64,000 bases of DNA from a virus: positions 32,001-96,000 of IMG/VR virus record IMGVR_UViG_3300037483_000453. One strand, 5' to 3'. Below are positions 51,960-61,756 of the stretch, piece by piece. The stretch's first letter is position 1. Each line of letters opens with the position of its first letter. The position numbers and the translations under genes were made by a program. The notes beneath the pieces were generated by a model. That model saw only the letters and a program-made list of their open reading frames with translations, was not told the origin of the DNA and did not search any database.

Positions 51960-52517
51960 GTGGGCAACCCAATAGACGACTACCTCGAGATCACCTCTCA
52001 GAAAACGGCCGGCCTTAGCCAGGCTGTACGTGGTTATCGTAGAGCGTTTGGTGCAGAACAGCTCGGTGGCTTGGCTGGCTCTGCGACCATGGTGGCCGGG
52101 GTTAGCATCCTTGCAGAGGCAGCACGCAGGGCCTACATGGCAGCCACAAAAAGCCTGGACCACAAGCTGATGCTCGAGGTGAATCCGGATTTGGTCGAAA
52201 ACCAGAGTGCCGATCCCAAGATGTTCAGCCAGCACTACAACTCGTTGCGGCGCATGAATCCCCACTTTGCACAGGACCCAGTTGTGGCAGGGGCTTACAT
52301 GCGTCGTATGAGTGAGTTCCCGCACAACGCGGGCTCCATCTTGGTTGAGTCACTAAAGGAAGCCCCGAAGTCCGAGGCCCTCAGAAACTTTAGTGCGGGG
52401 TTGGGCATTGCCCAGCAGGCTGCCGCACCTTCACCGATGGAACAAGCTAGGCTCGAAGAGCAACAGATGAAGCTGCACCGTGCAAAGAGTGAGTCGCAGG
52501 ACGACGCTGGATACTAG
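51960..52517 (+). CDS. Hypothetical head-region protein with a hydrophobic segment
   Basis: SQKTA followed by LGGLAGSATMVAGVSILAEAA. Confidence 0.75.
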   Translation: MGNPIDDYLEITSQKTAGLSQAVRGYRRAFGAEQLGGLAGSATMVAGVSILAEAARRAYMAATKSLDHKLMLEVNPDLVENQSADPKMFSQHYNSLRRMNPHFAQDPVVAGAYMRRMSEFPHNAGSILVESLKEAPKSEALRNFSAGLGIAQQAAAPSPMEQARLEEQQMKLHRAKSESQDDAGY

Positions 52518-52520
52518 CAC

Positions 52521-55385
52521 GTGCTGAAGGTCAGCCATTTCCAGGGTCAGTCTGACTATGGCGTCACTGCTATCCCACTCTTTGGCAAGGCTGACAAAGA
52601 GTTTGAAAAGCATGCATCTTCTGGGCTGCTCCCTGATGTAGTTCGCTACATTGGGGCGTTACGCCCCAGCCAAAGCTCTCAGTATGTCTTGGTCAACGCC
52701 ATGGGCGCTGGCGAGTGGTACGGCAGTAATGTGAATGGAGATAATTTTCCTGAAGCTGGCCTTATCCACATGCCGCCCAACTGGACCGGTGTACCTGTCA
52801 TAGACATGGTTGTGGCTAAGAACTGGGCTTATGGTTTCCCGACGTTCTATAACGCGCATCCCTATGCGCACCACCGTAACAAAGACCCCGGGCGTGCATT
52901 CGGTAATGTGGAACTTGCCACGTGGAACCCACTCATGCGGCGTGTCGAGCTTGTGGTGCGCGTGGATCAGGATAAGTGCATGAGGTATGGGGGCGAGGGT
53001 GTCTGGGATAAGCTGCGTCTTGGGCAGCACCCCGATGTGTCCATGGGTACTCGAGTTCCTTATGACACATGTTTTCCAGCCGGGACCCTTGTCAGAACTG
53101 CCGAAGGCCACAAGGCCATAGAGGATTTGCAACGGGGCGAGTTTGTACTGACGCACACCGGTAAGCTGCTTCAGGTCACGGATACAATGCGGAGGGAGAC
53201 TCAGGATCTTCTTCGCGTACGCTGCTCTGGGCTACCAGATATAGATGTTACTGACAACCACGAGTTCTTGGTGCTGCGGAAAGAGCAGGCCAGGACGTGT
53301 AAAGGTTCGGCGAACGGGCAGAGAGTGCGGCACACGTTCCGGGACGAGTCTAGTACGTGTTCAAGATGCGGTCGTACCCAAGAGTATGAGTTGGACTGGG
53401 CAGCGGTGGAGACGTTGAAGCCAGGTGACTACGTTGCTGTCCCAGCCCATAGGAACAGCGGCTCCTTTGAAGTGTCACCAATCCGCGCTCGGGTAGCGGG
53501 GTATTACCTGGGTGACGGCTACATTCTCAAGCAGCGCACAGGTAAAAAGAAGGATGGTGATTACCGTGACATGGGCGTGGGCTTCTCTGTTGGAACGGTA
53601 GAGGAAGCCCACCTTCAGAGACTCTTGTCAGCTCTCTCTGAGCTAGGGAGCAAGAACGAAGCGCTAGTTTATGATGCTGGCTGCGGTAGGAAAGCGCATA
53701 TAGTCAGCTTGTTCGACCAGGGTCTAGCAGCCTGGCTACAACAGACAGTGGGGAGAACATCCCACGGCAAGCGCATCTCTTCAGAGGTGTACTGCTGGAA
53801 TGAGGAGGCCAGGCTAGAGCTTGTTGCTGGGTACATTGATACAGACGGCTCGTTTGACCTTGCCAGTGGGCAGCTAAGAGTTGCTTCGGTAAATAGGGGC
53901 TTGCTCCTTGATGTGCAGCGTCTGCTCCTGTCCCTTCGGATAACAGCTACTGTCTGCTACGGCGGATCATCCACTGGCTTCAGCGAAACTCCGGTAGTCT
54001 GCTGGTACCTAGTTCTGTCCGGAGCCCAGGCCCAGCGATTTCTTGGCCGTTCTGTGAAGGTCCAGAAGCGGGAAGTCTCCTGGGAGTCTCCGCAGTCATT
54101 CTTCTGGGGAGACTATTGGCTTACCCCAGTGAAGGCTATCGAAGAGCTCGACAAGGAGACCTCTGTCTTCAACATCAGCGTAGATCAGGACGAGAGCTAC
54201 GTGGCTGAGGGGCGGGTCGTCCACAACTGTTCTATCTGCCTTGACTGGGATCTTTACAAAGATGTGCAGTCTCGCCCAGGTAGCGAGGCATCGCCAGGGC
54301 GTAAAATCCTAGAGTTCCACAAACAGAAGAAGTCCAAGGACGGGGTGGGCATCCGAGGTCTATCTGTTACTCGAAAAGATTATTGTGAGCATGCCAAGAA
54401 TCAGATGAACAAGATCCTGCCCGATGGCAGGAAGGTCTGGGTCTACAACGACTACCCGCGTTTCTTTGACATCAGCTTTGTTTATATTGGAGCAGATAAG
54501 ACTGCGAAAGTGATGCTCTTTGTATTTCACAATGGGCAGGCCCATTCTGTGAAGTCTTCTGCCGAGGTGGCTGAGGCTATGGGTACCAAGGAGCCTGATG
54601 AGAAGATTGCCTCTGTGCCAGACGAGTTGCTAAAGTCTGCCTTTGGCAAGTTGGCCAGGCCGAAGAAAGCTGAGATCGACAAAAATACTGTTCCCAGCCA
54701 GTTCGCGGGAAAGGCTGTACCTTTGTTGACTGGGGGTGAGCCTGATGTGCCACGTGAAACTTTAGATGGGCTCGGGGCTCTGCCTATCAAAGATGTCTTG
54801 TCCACACTCACTGGCATGGGCATTGTGCTCAAACCACGGGAGTTTCAAAGGATTACGCTGGTTCATCTAGAAAACAGAGACTTAGCTGATGAACTGGATG
54901 ACAAGAATGAAGTGTTTCCTAGGTCAGGCGAGACTAGATGTATGGACCTTGACAAGGACTCGTACAGACCGGGGTTGGCCCGGTTGCTTCAGTCTCTGAT
55001 GTTTGCTCGCTCAGGCCTGGGCCCCCTAGTAGAGAAGCGGGTGCTAGTATCTACGGGTGGGTTTGAAAAGAAAGAAGCAAGCGTGCCTTCCCATCATGGG
55101 GAACTACTCGCTAAGATTGGCTCTGCTTATAACGGCTATCGGCAGAGCGTCATGACACTAGTAGCCCACACACAAGATCTTCTGGCAGCAAGTGGAACAA
55201 GTCCCGAGCTGAGCAAACTGGCGTGCGCCAGTCCAGAACAGATTTTTACCCCATTGTCTGTTGCCTACCTTCAGTGTGCCCATCTTGATGGGTTTGGGGT
55301 TCCAAGCAATGGGGTGGTAAAACTGTCAACAGACGTAAGTCAACGTGGAGAGGGGTCACCCCTTGAAGAACACGTGGCCAACTGA
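52521..55385 (+). CDS. Prohead (maturation) protease with intein (about 568 aa after splicing)
   Basis: HPYAHHRN, DVSMG (putative catalytic Ser), FFDISFVYIGAD; located before the scaffold-like genes and MCP. Confidence 0.75.
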   Translation: MLKVSHFQGQSDYGVTAIPLFGKADKEFEKHASSGLLPDVVRYIGALRPSQSSQYVLVNAMGAGEWYGSNVNGDNFPEAGLIHMPPNWTGVPVIDMVVAKNWAYGFPTFYNAHPYAHHRNKDPGRAFGNVELATWNPLMRRVELVVRVDQDKCMRYGGEGVWDKLRLGQHPDVSMGTRVPYDTCFPAGTLVRTAEGHKAIEDLQRGEFVLTHTGKLLQVTDTMRRETQDLLRVRCSGLPDIDVTDNHEFLVLRKEQARTCKGSANGQRVRHTFRDESSTCSRCGRTQEYELDWAAVETLKPGDYVAVPAHRNSGSFEVSPIRARVAGYYLGDGYILKQRTGKKKDGDYRDMGVGFSVGTVEEAHLQRLLSALSELGSKNEALVYDAGCGRKAHIVSLFDQGLAAWLQQTVGRTSHGKRISSEVYCWNEEARLELVAGYIDTDGSFDLASGQLRVASVNRGLLLDVQRLLLSLRITATVCYGGSSTGFSETPVVCWYLVLSGAQAQRFLGRSVKVQKREVSWESPQSFFWGDYWLTPVKAIEELDKETSVFNISVDQDESYVAEGRVVHNCSICLDWDLYKDVQSRPGSEASPGRKILEFHKQKKSKDGVGIRGLSVTRKDYCEHAKNQMNKILPDGRKVWVYNDYPRFFDISFVYIGADKTAKVMLFVFHNGQAHSVKSSAEVAEAMGTKEPDEKIASVPDELLKSAFGKLARPKKAEIDKNTVPSQFAGKAVPLLTGGEPDVPRETLDGLGALPIKDVLSTLTGMGIVLKPREFQRITLVHLENRDLADELDDKNEVFPRSGETRCMDLDKDSYRPGLARLLQSLMFARSGLGPLVEKRVLVSTGGFEKKEASVPSHHGELLAKIGSAYNGYRQSVMTLVAHTQDLLAASGTSPELSKLACASPEQIFTPLSVAYLQCAHLDGFGVPSNGVVKLSTDVSQRGEGSPLEEHVAN
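53070..54227 (+). mobile_element. Protease intein (386 aa, LAGLIDADG)
   Basis: VPYDT/CFPAGTLV...RVVHN/CSIC; VAGYYLGDG, VAGYIDTDG. Confidence 0.92.
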
Positions 55386-55416
55386 GACAACCACGGATTC
55401 ATCAGGAGATAGCATC

Positions 55417-56085
55417 ATGTCAATGGACCAGGAACTCGCCGACATGTACGGCACCACCACGGAAGACCAGGAGAAGGTCGCGGAAGTAGCCTTGTTTGCC
55501 AAGCTGGCGGCAAAGCATGAGATCGATTTGAGCAAGTACAGTGACGAACAGGTCGTCGAGATGTACGAGGCCACTATGGGGAAAACCGCTGAAGAGGAGC
55601 TCCCTGATGATGAGCAGGAGGCCAAGTTGGCTGCGGCAGCTCAGGCTGAGTTTCAGGTGAAGCGCGAGTGGCAGGAAAAGGTCGCAGAGTGTGACAAGCT
55701 CGGCCGCGTCATGGCACATGCCTACGTGCAGGAGCTGGGATTGATCGAGAAGGCTGCGGGTGAGGTTCCTCCTCAGTTTGCCAAGAAGGACGAGGGGGAG
55801 AAGAAAGACAAAGAGTCCGAGGAACCCAAGGACGAGGAGGGCAAGGACGAGGAGAAGGAGGCATCGGCTGTCGATGTACTTGCTGCTCGTCATGCTGTGG
55901 AGCTGGCCAAAGAGGCTGGCATCGATCCCGCCATTGCTGCTCGGAAACTTGATGCGGTGCTGACCCTAGGGGGTCCTGGACCCAGTGAGAAGACCGCGTC
56001 GGCGAACTCCTTCGAGGAGTCCATTCACATCCGTGCGCTCGAGTTCCTCGAGACTGCGGGTTACCCAGTTGCTTGGGCGGAATAG
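55417..56085 (+). CDS. Acidic scaffold-like protein, K-x-A rich
   Basis: Start MSMDQ behind AGGAG; Glu/Ala-rich helices; 8 K-x-A motifs in 222 aa. Confidence 0.75.
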   Translation: MSMDQELADMYGTTTEDQEKVAEVALFAKLAAKHEIDLSKYSDEQVVEMYEATMGKTAEEELPDDEQEAKLAAAAQAEFQVKREWQEKVAECDKLGRVMAHAYVQELGLIEKAAGEVPPQFAKKDEGEKKDKESEEPKDEEGKDEEKEASAVDVLAARHAVELAKEAGIDPAIAARKLDAVLTLGGPGPSEKTASANSFEESIHIRALEFLETAGYPVAWAE

Positions 56086-56115
56086 ACCAGTAGGACCGAG
56101 GCATGGGCGACCAGG

Positions 56116-57495
56116 ATGAACAGAAAACTTGCAGAGTCAGCTGGATCGGCACCGCCCGATCCAGCGATGTCGCAAGCAGCTGCGTCGCCCATACCTTCTC
56201 CTGCGCTAGCGAACAAGACAGCCCCAGGGCAAACCGGTCCACGAGGGCTCTCACCCCGGACCACCTATTCCCGAGTGAACACTGGAACTCCTCCCCCTTC
56301 GATGGCGCTTGCCGGTCTCAAGGGCATGCCTGCACGGGGCTCTGAGTTCTTGCCTGCGAAAGTAGCCGAGGTACATACAATGAACATGGCAGAACGACCG
56401 ACCCTGCAGGATATGATCAAGTCTGCGATGGCTGGCACTGTTGCACGTGTCAACGTCAACGATGAGGCGGCACGACAACTGGCGGTTCACCAAGGGGAGG
56501 ACCCTGAGAAGGTGGCCAGTGTTGACGATCTACCGGACCACTACACAACCGACCATATCGAAAAGATGGCATCGGCCCTCGACTATATTGCGGGGGAGAT
56601 CAAAGTCGCCGATGAAGGCAACGTTCAGCAGCCGGGTCAGGGCCCTGGGGCCTTGGATGTTTTGGAAGCTACCTCGTCAGAGGAGAATATTGATGCAGGT
56701 GAGGCTGGCAGGGCTATCACTCAGCATCTACCCAAGGACGACCCACCCCAGCAGAAGGAGGAGGTCCAGGTGGGTAAGGCCAACACGGGCATGGAGACCA
56801 ATGATGGCACCATGCACCCGGAACAACCTGTCAAGCCCATCGTGAACCAGAACGCTAGCATCACTCCAGCGAACCCACTGTCAACTCCCACTACTCAGAC
56901 CAAAGAGTCTTCGGTCAACCTCGGGGTTGCCAACTTCGAGCGCCTGAAGAAGGTTAGTGAGCTCCACGGCAAGTACAGTAAGAACAAAGAGGCTGGTGTC
57001 AATGTGGCCCTCATTCGCAAGCTTGCAGAGGACGCACTCAGCCCTGCAGGTATCGAGGCAGGTAAGCAGGACATGCCCGATTACTCTGCATCGGAGCAGA
57101 GTGTTCCAGCGCAGCCTGCCGATGTGAAGCGGCAAGCACGTTCGATGCTCGGCAGCAACGAGGCTGCAATCGGCTACACCAAGCAGGAGGCAAAGGCCGA
57201 TCCCATTGGTGACGTCAATCAAGTACTTGCACAGCCTGCGATGACACGAAAGAACGATCCTGTTCTTCACAAGGTTCTCGACAATACAGGCGCAGCAGGT
57301 GTGAAGATTTCGTCTGTCAATGACTCGGTCAAAGTTGCTGCAGCACGCGCACTGTTGTCAAACATGATGGATAAGGCAGCGGCGGAAAAAGAAGAACAGA
57401 GTGAAGATAAAAAGAAGGAGAAGGCGTCACAGATGGGCGCTGCTCCCTCTTCTCCTTCCGCCGCTTCCGGTTTCACCGCTTCTAGTCTAAGCTGA
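56116..57495 (+). CDS. Low-complexity scaffold/internal head protein, K-x-A rich
   Basis: 459-aa ORF; possible second in-frame start at 56380. Confidence 0.75.
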   Translation: MNRKLAESAGSAPPDPAMSQAAASPIPSPALANKTAPGQTGPRGLSPRTTYSRVNTGTPPPSMALAGLKGMPARGSEFLPAKVAEVHTMNMAERPTLQDMIKSAMAGTVARVNVNDEAARQLAVHQGEDPEKVASVDDLPDHYTTDHIEKMASALDYIAGEIKVADEGNVQQPGQGPGALDVLEATSSEENIDAGEAGRAITQHLPKDDPPQQKEEVQVGKANTGMETNDGTMHPEQPVKPIVNQNASITPANPLSTPTTQTKESSVNLGVANFERLKKVSELHGKYSKNKEAGVNVALIRKLAEDALSPAGIEAGKQDMPDYSASEQSVPAQPADVKRQARSMLGSNEAAIGYTKQEAKADPIGDVNQVLAQPAMTRKNDPVLHKVLDNTGAAGVKISSVNDSVKVAAARALLSNMMDKAAAEKEEQSEDKKKEKASQMGAAPSSPSAASGFTASSLS

Positions 57496-57502
57496 GGTAC
57501 AC

Positions 57503-57862
57503 ATGGCAGATCTCGACAAAGAGAAGGTAGCGAAGGTACTGGCGGATAGCGCACAGGCGCTCCGGTCTGTCACTGCAGAGCGCGACAAGCTGGCGGAACA
57601 GAACTACAGGATGAGCCGTCACTTTGAAGCACAGAAGCTCGCAGCCGTGATGCACGAGAAGGGCATCAACATGGATGTGGACACAGAGGCTCTCGTAGAC
57701 AAGCTCGAGAAGGCTGCGGAAGCTGGTCGGCTACCTGCGATTCAGGAAGCCATGGATATGATGGCGCCCAACATGGGCTTCACTGGAACACTCACGAATG
57801 ATGATGTCCACGGTAGTGGCGAAACGGCTTTCGAAAGCTTCATCATTGGTGGCGTTGGCTGA
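57503..57862 (+). CDS. Small coiled-coil scaffold-like protein
   Basis: GAGG RBS; EKVA, QKLA, EKAA motifs. Confidence 0.75.
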   Translation: MADLDKEKVAKVLADSAQALRSVTAERDKLAEQNYRMSRHFEAQKLAAVMHEKGINMDVDTEALVDKLEKAAEAGRLPAIQEAMDMMAPNMGFTGTLTNDDVHGSGETAFESFIIGGVG

Positions 57863-57886
57863 TAGGCCTAAAAGGAGAGCATTCAA

Positions 57887-58411
57887 ATGAGCACGGTTGA
57901 ACGAATCAACTTCGAGCCGGTCAGTGACATCCTGGCCACCCAGCGCCGGGACTTTGCGCTGGCCGACAAGGAACTGGCGGTTGCCCTGAACCCGGTGGCA
58001 CTCGTTGATGGCGAGTACATGGTTCTCAACAGCGCCTACAAGCTGGTGCGTGCATCGACCGTTGCCTCCCCTGGTGACTTGGCCACCCAGAACAGCTACA
58101 CGCTGTTCGCAGAGCGTGGTCGATACGATGTTCAAGCCATGGCCGAGAAGAAGATGCCAATCATCTGGATGGGTGACTTTGAGGCCGACACTCGCATCTT
58201 TGATGCGTCGGTGGCCCTAGGCTCAGGTGCGGCGATCACGTTCGCCGGACAGCCGCTGAAGGTGGCTACCATTACGCTCGGGTCTCGAAACTACAGTGGC
58301 CTTGTTGGTCACGGTGGTACCGCTGATACCGACCCGATTGTGGGTCGCGTTTCGCGTCTCCCTGCCAGTAACGGTGGGAAGCTGCGTTACGTGAGGGCGG
58401 CAACCATCTAA
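57887..58411 (+). CDS. Capsid decoration/cement protein (putative)
   Basis: 174-aa beta-rich ORF immediately upstream of the MCP gene. Confidence 0.6.
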   Translation: MSTVERINFEPVSDILATQRRDFALADKELAVALNPVALVDGEYMVLNSAYKLVRASTVASPGDLATQNSYTLFAERGRYDVQAMAEKKMPIIWMGDFEADTRIFDASVALGSGAAITFAGQPLKVATITLGSRNYSGLVGHGGTADTDPIVGRVSRLPASNGGKLRYVRAATI

Positions 58412-58454
58412 TCCTCGGCTGGTCCGTAGGGAGAAGGGAAGAAGGCACAAGACC

Positions 58455-59573
58455 ATGAGCGTTTCACCACGCATGTTGAACGAACTCTTCGCCCAGAAGC
58501 TGAGCTCAGCTGAGGGTAAAGAAAAGGTCGCCGAGTACGGCGGTAGTTACATCCGAGATCGGCTTCGTGAAGTCAGCTTTGCGCGGAAGGTCATTCCACC
58601 TGAGCAGGTCACTCGCGCGGATTGCGAGCGCTCGGTGAACCATGACACCCTCGTGAAGATTGTCGATGTGGAGCCGAAGAGTCGGGCCGTGACGATGTCC
58701 TTCCGTGGGCAGCCGTCAGCACGCTTCATTCGTGGTTCCAGGGCAGAGGTTGCCTTCTACACCATCTCTTCAGAGATGTTTCAGAAGACGGAGCAGGAGC
58801 TTCTGGCCTACGAGATGCCCATCACCAAGATCATCGAAGAGAACGCGGTGAAGGACATCCAGGAGATCGAGGACCGCGAGTTCGTGATGCACATCGAGGC
58901 GGCTTGCCAGGCACTGCAGACTGAGGCGAATGGTGGGGTTTCGACCGCGCTGAACTTCACGGCTGTTGGTACCACGGTGGAGTTCTCGATTATCAAGGGC
59001 GAGCTTGCTCGTACCGCGGGTTCAGATGATGCGGTGGTTCGACCACTGCAGCGCCCTGACCTCGTGAACCTTTTTAAGCTGCTTGACGGTAACCGCCTGC
59101 GCACCGAGCGCCTGCTGTTCACCGAGGTGGACTGGGACGATCTTCTTCAGTGGACTGTTGAGGACTTTGGTGACCGCGTCCAGTCCGAGACATCGATCGA
59201 TGGCTACAAGTACAACACAGTCTTGGGCCGTCCGTATGTCCGGACCATCAAGACTGACATCCTGCGGCCTGGCAACGTGTATGCGTTCACCAAGCCTGAG
59301 TTCTTCGGTAGGTTCTTCGTTTTGAACAACACGAAGTTCTACATCGACAAGATCGCCAACACGATTACTTTCCAGGCTTGGGAAGACATTGGTATGTCGA
59401 TCATCAACATCGCGGCGGTTCGTAAGCTCGAGCTCTACTCGGGTGATGGTAACCCTTCGACGGACACGGACGGGCTGCTGTCCAACTTTGTCCCGGTGGA
59501 TGAAGACCAGCTTGGTGCTGTCAACAACAGGGTGGACCAGGGGCTCAAGTTCCCCCAGGTATCTCAGTATTAG
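58455..59573 (+). CDS. Major capsid protein (HK97 fold)
   Basis: 372 aa; IRDRLREVSFARKVIPP, ELLAYEMPITKIIEENAVKDIQEIED pattern; strong codon bias; followed by a terminator. Confidence 0.85.
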   Translation: MSVSPRMLNELFAQKLSSAEGKEKVAEYGGSYIRDRLREVSFARKVIPPEQVTRADCERSVNHDTLVKIVDVEPKSRAVTMSFRGQPSARFIRGSRAEVAFYTISSEMFQKTEQELLAYEMPITKIIEENAVKDIQEIEDREFVMHIEAACQALQTEANGGVSTALNFTAVGTTVEFSIIKGELARTAGSDDAVVRPLQRPDLVNLFKLLDGNRLRTERLLFTEVDWDDLLQWTVEDFGDRVQSETSIDGYKYNTVLGRPYVRTIKTDILRPGNVYAFTKPEFFGRFFVLNNTKFYIDKIANTITFQAWEDIGMSIINIAAVRKLELYSGDGNPSTDTDGLLSNFVPVDEDQLGAVNNRVDQGLKFPQVSQY

Positions 59574-59591
59574 CATCGGCATGCTCGACGG

Positions 59592-59628
59592 AAGGGGCGT
59601 CGGTGCCGGATGGCCCGGCGCCCTTTTT
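59592..59628 (+). terminator. Intrinsic terminator after the MCP gene
   Basis: AAGGGGCGTCGG...CCGGCGCCC stem followed by TTTTT. Confidence 0.8.
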
Positions 59629-59688
59629 CGTGGGCAAGATTGAACATAGCGGGGGCGCTAAGGGCTCCAATAGTGAAGGAGGAATGAC

Positions 59689-60711
59689 ATGAGTAATGGA
59701 TCAGGATTGTTTGGGGACCAAGGCCCGATGAAGCCTCACCTGGTCCGTGGTAGCGGTGGTGTAGCAGGGGAGATCTCGGACCTTCGTGGGGACATTGGGC
59801 GCACCGTTGCTCCCATGGCGGCCATCACTGTGGACGAGTTCACCAACCCTGCTCAGCTTGCGGCAACAGCTGTAGATGCTGTTCTGGCTGCAACGGCCAC
59901 GGTGGCTGCGCCTGTTGCAGTACTGGCTGCTGGCATGATTGCTGCTGGTCTCGCTCGATTGAGTGTGTGGCCTCGGCCTCTGGTGTTCACTACAGCGGGT
60001 GTCACGGAGGCAGACGCACCAGCGACGGTTTTGGTCACCGGCACGGACCCTTACGGGGCTGCTCAGACTGAGACCCTGGCCTTGGCACAGACGGCAGCAG
60101 ATGCCACGACTGTGAAAGCATGGGGCAGTGTTACCCGTGTGGACTATCCCGCTGCGGATGGTACGGATGCCACGGTTGCCATTGGCCTTGGTGCCACCTA
60201 TGTGAAGGCGGCTACGGCTACAGTGGCGGCTGCGGTTGAGCTTGGCCCGACTGACCTCATTCAGACAGATCTGGCGAACAACCCTCGAGCTCTTGTCTTC
60301 ACCACCGCAGGAGCGACAGAGGCGGATGCTCCCGCCACTGCGACCATCGTGGGTGAGGATGCACAGGGTAAGAGGATCACCGAGGTCCTTGCCCTTGCAC
60401 AGACCGCCACGACTGCCACGACCGTCAACTTCTACAGCGAGATTATCAGCATCTCGTACCCTGCGGCTGATGGCACGGATGCCACCATTGCGATTACCCT
60501 ATCTGCGGAACTTGGCCTCAGCAGGAGCATTGCTGAGCGTGCCGGTTTGGTGGGAGCCATCAGGGAAATTGCCGCTGGGTCTCTGGTCACAAACGGCACA
60601 CTCCTGGCCCCAACGACCACCGACAAGCCCTACGGGTCGTATGCTCCGAACACGGCGGTGAACGACACCAACGACTACGCCATCTACTACGAGTACAGCC
60701 CACAAGCGTAG
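59689..60711 (+). CDS. Ala/Thr-rich virion protein with two tandem beta-domain repeats
   Basis: LVFTTAG.TEADAPAT...LALAQT...YPAADGTDAT occurs twice, 104 aa apart; AAGGAGG RBS. Confidence 0.8.
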   Translation: MSNGSGLFGDQGPMKPHLVRGSGGVAGEISDLRGDIGRTVAPMAAITVDEFTNPAQLAATAVDAVLAATATVAAPVAVLAAGMIAAGLARLSVWPRPLVFTTAGVTEADAPATVLVTGTDPYGAAQTETLALAQTAADATTVKAWGSVTRVDYPAADGTDATVAIGLGATYVKAATATVAAAVELGPTDLIQTDLANNPRALVFTTAGATEADAPATATIVGEDAQGKRITEVLALAQTATTATTVNFYSEIISISYPAADGTDATIAITLSAELGLSRSIAERAGLVGAIREIAAGSLVTNGTLLAPTTTDKPYGSYAPNTAVNDTNDYAIYYEYSPQA

Positions 60712-60737
60712 GCTACGAACAGCCTGGAGGAGCAACG

Positions 60738-61355
60738 ATGGCTTCAGAAGAACCGGTCTATAGGATTCACAGCTTGGTGCGGAAGGTGCAAACCCGCAAC
60801 CACCGTCAGAAGGCTGCGGGTAAGCATCGCTTTGTACAGCGCTTCGGGGGTGGCGACATCACCATTCGTCGCGCTAGGCCAGCCACGGTCACTAGGAGCA
60901 AACTCGAGAAGCATCTCGTGGAGATCAAGCGGGCTGTGCTTGAAGGGCGCGTTGTGGTCAAAACGGTCACCCATGAGGTAATCGATTTGGACACAATGTC
61001 CAGGGCGCCCGTGCCCAGTAGGACGAGCCCCACTCCTCAACCCCTACAGGACTCAGCTGTCAACGATAAAACCTACGGGGGTGGCGTCGGTGAACACAAG
61101 CCTATGTACCCAGATGGCAAAGCACAGACCGAGAAGGCTGATGCTCCGTCGGTTAGTTTACCCATGACTGCCGCCGACCATGCCCCAGTGAGGGGCGCAG
61201 GAGACCCGGCCAAGATTCGTGCTGCAGAGGGAGCTAAGGCAGAGGCAGCACCCGACGCTTCAGACGATCTTGAGCCCATGGCGGACGAAGTTCAGCCCAT
61301 GACCAAGGCAGAGAAGAAGGCGGCCAAGAAGGCTGCTAAGGACTCGGGACAGTGA
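60738..61355 (+). CDS. Hypothetical protein (basic N-terminus, low-complexity C-terminus)
   Basis: GGAGG RBS, in operon. Confidence 0.75.
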   Translation: MASEEPVYRIHSLVRKVQTRNHRQKAAGKHRFVQRFGGGDITIRRARPATVTRSKLEKHLVEIKRAVLEGRVVVKTVTHEVIDLDTMSRAPVPSRTSPTPQPLQDSAVNDKTYGGGVGEHKPMYPDGKAQTEKADAPSVSLPMTAADHAPVRGAGDPAKIRAAEGAKAEAAPDASDDLEPMADEVQPMTKAEKKAAKKAAKDSGQ

Positions 61356-61756
61356 GGGTACACAACCTCACTGACGTACCAACCCAGGCGCTCAAGTGGG
61401 CTGGATTGGTCTGCGTTGCGCTCCGGGTGGGCGACACTATTGTTAGACCCGGCGAGAGTGAGGTTGTGCCTGCCCTAGGTACCGGCGCTGACCGGTATAT
61501 TCGGGTGGGGGCTCTTCATGTTGGGGACGATCCACCCAAGGGGTACACGCCAATCAAAAGGGTAGAGGCACCCCGACGTGTAACCCTTGAGGTTGACTCA
61601 CATGCGGCAGTGTCCAATGGCGCGACTGTGGTGCTTACCGGGGTCTCTGATTCTGATGTCAACATGCCTGATGCGCACCTGGAGACCAAAGCTGAACGAA
61701 AACGACGTATTAGGGCAGAGAAGCAGATAGAGAGCGGAGATAGCGAGGAACGGTAG
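61352..61756 (+). CDS. Hypothetical protein
   Basis: GTGA overlap with the upstream stop. Confidence 0.65.
   Translation: MRVHNLTDVPTQALKWAGLVCVALRVGDTIVRPGESEVVPALGTGADRYIRVGALHVGDDPPKGYTPIKRVEAPRRVTLEVDSHAAVSNGATVVLTGVSDSDVNMPDAHLETKAERKRRIRAEKQIESGDSEER

Noticed and set aside
55331-55345. Short inverted repeat near the end of the protease gene (AGGGGT-C-ACCCCT, just downstream of these coordinates)
   Set aside because: Loop too small for a stable hairpin, lies in coding sequence, and no second copy was found
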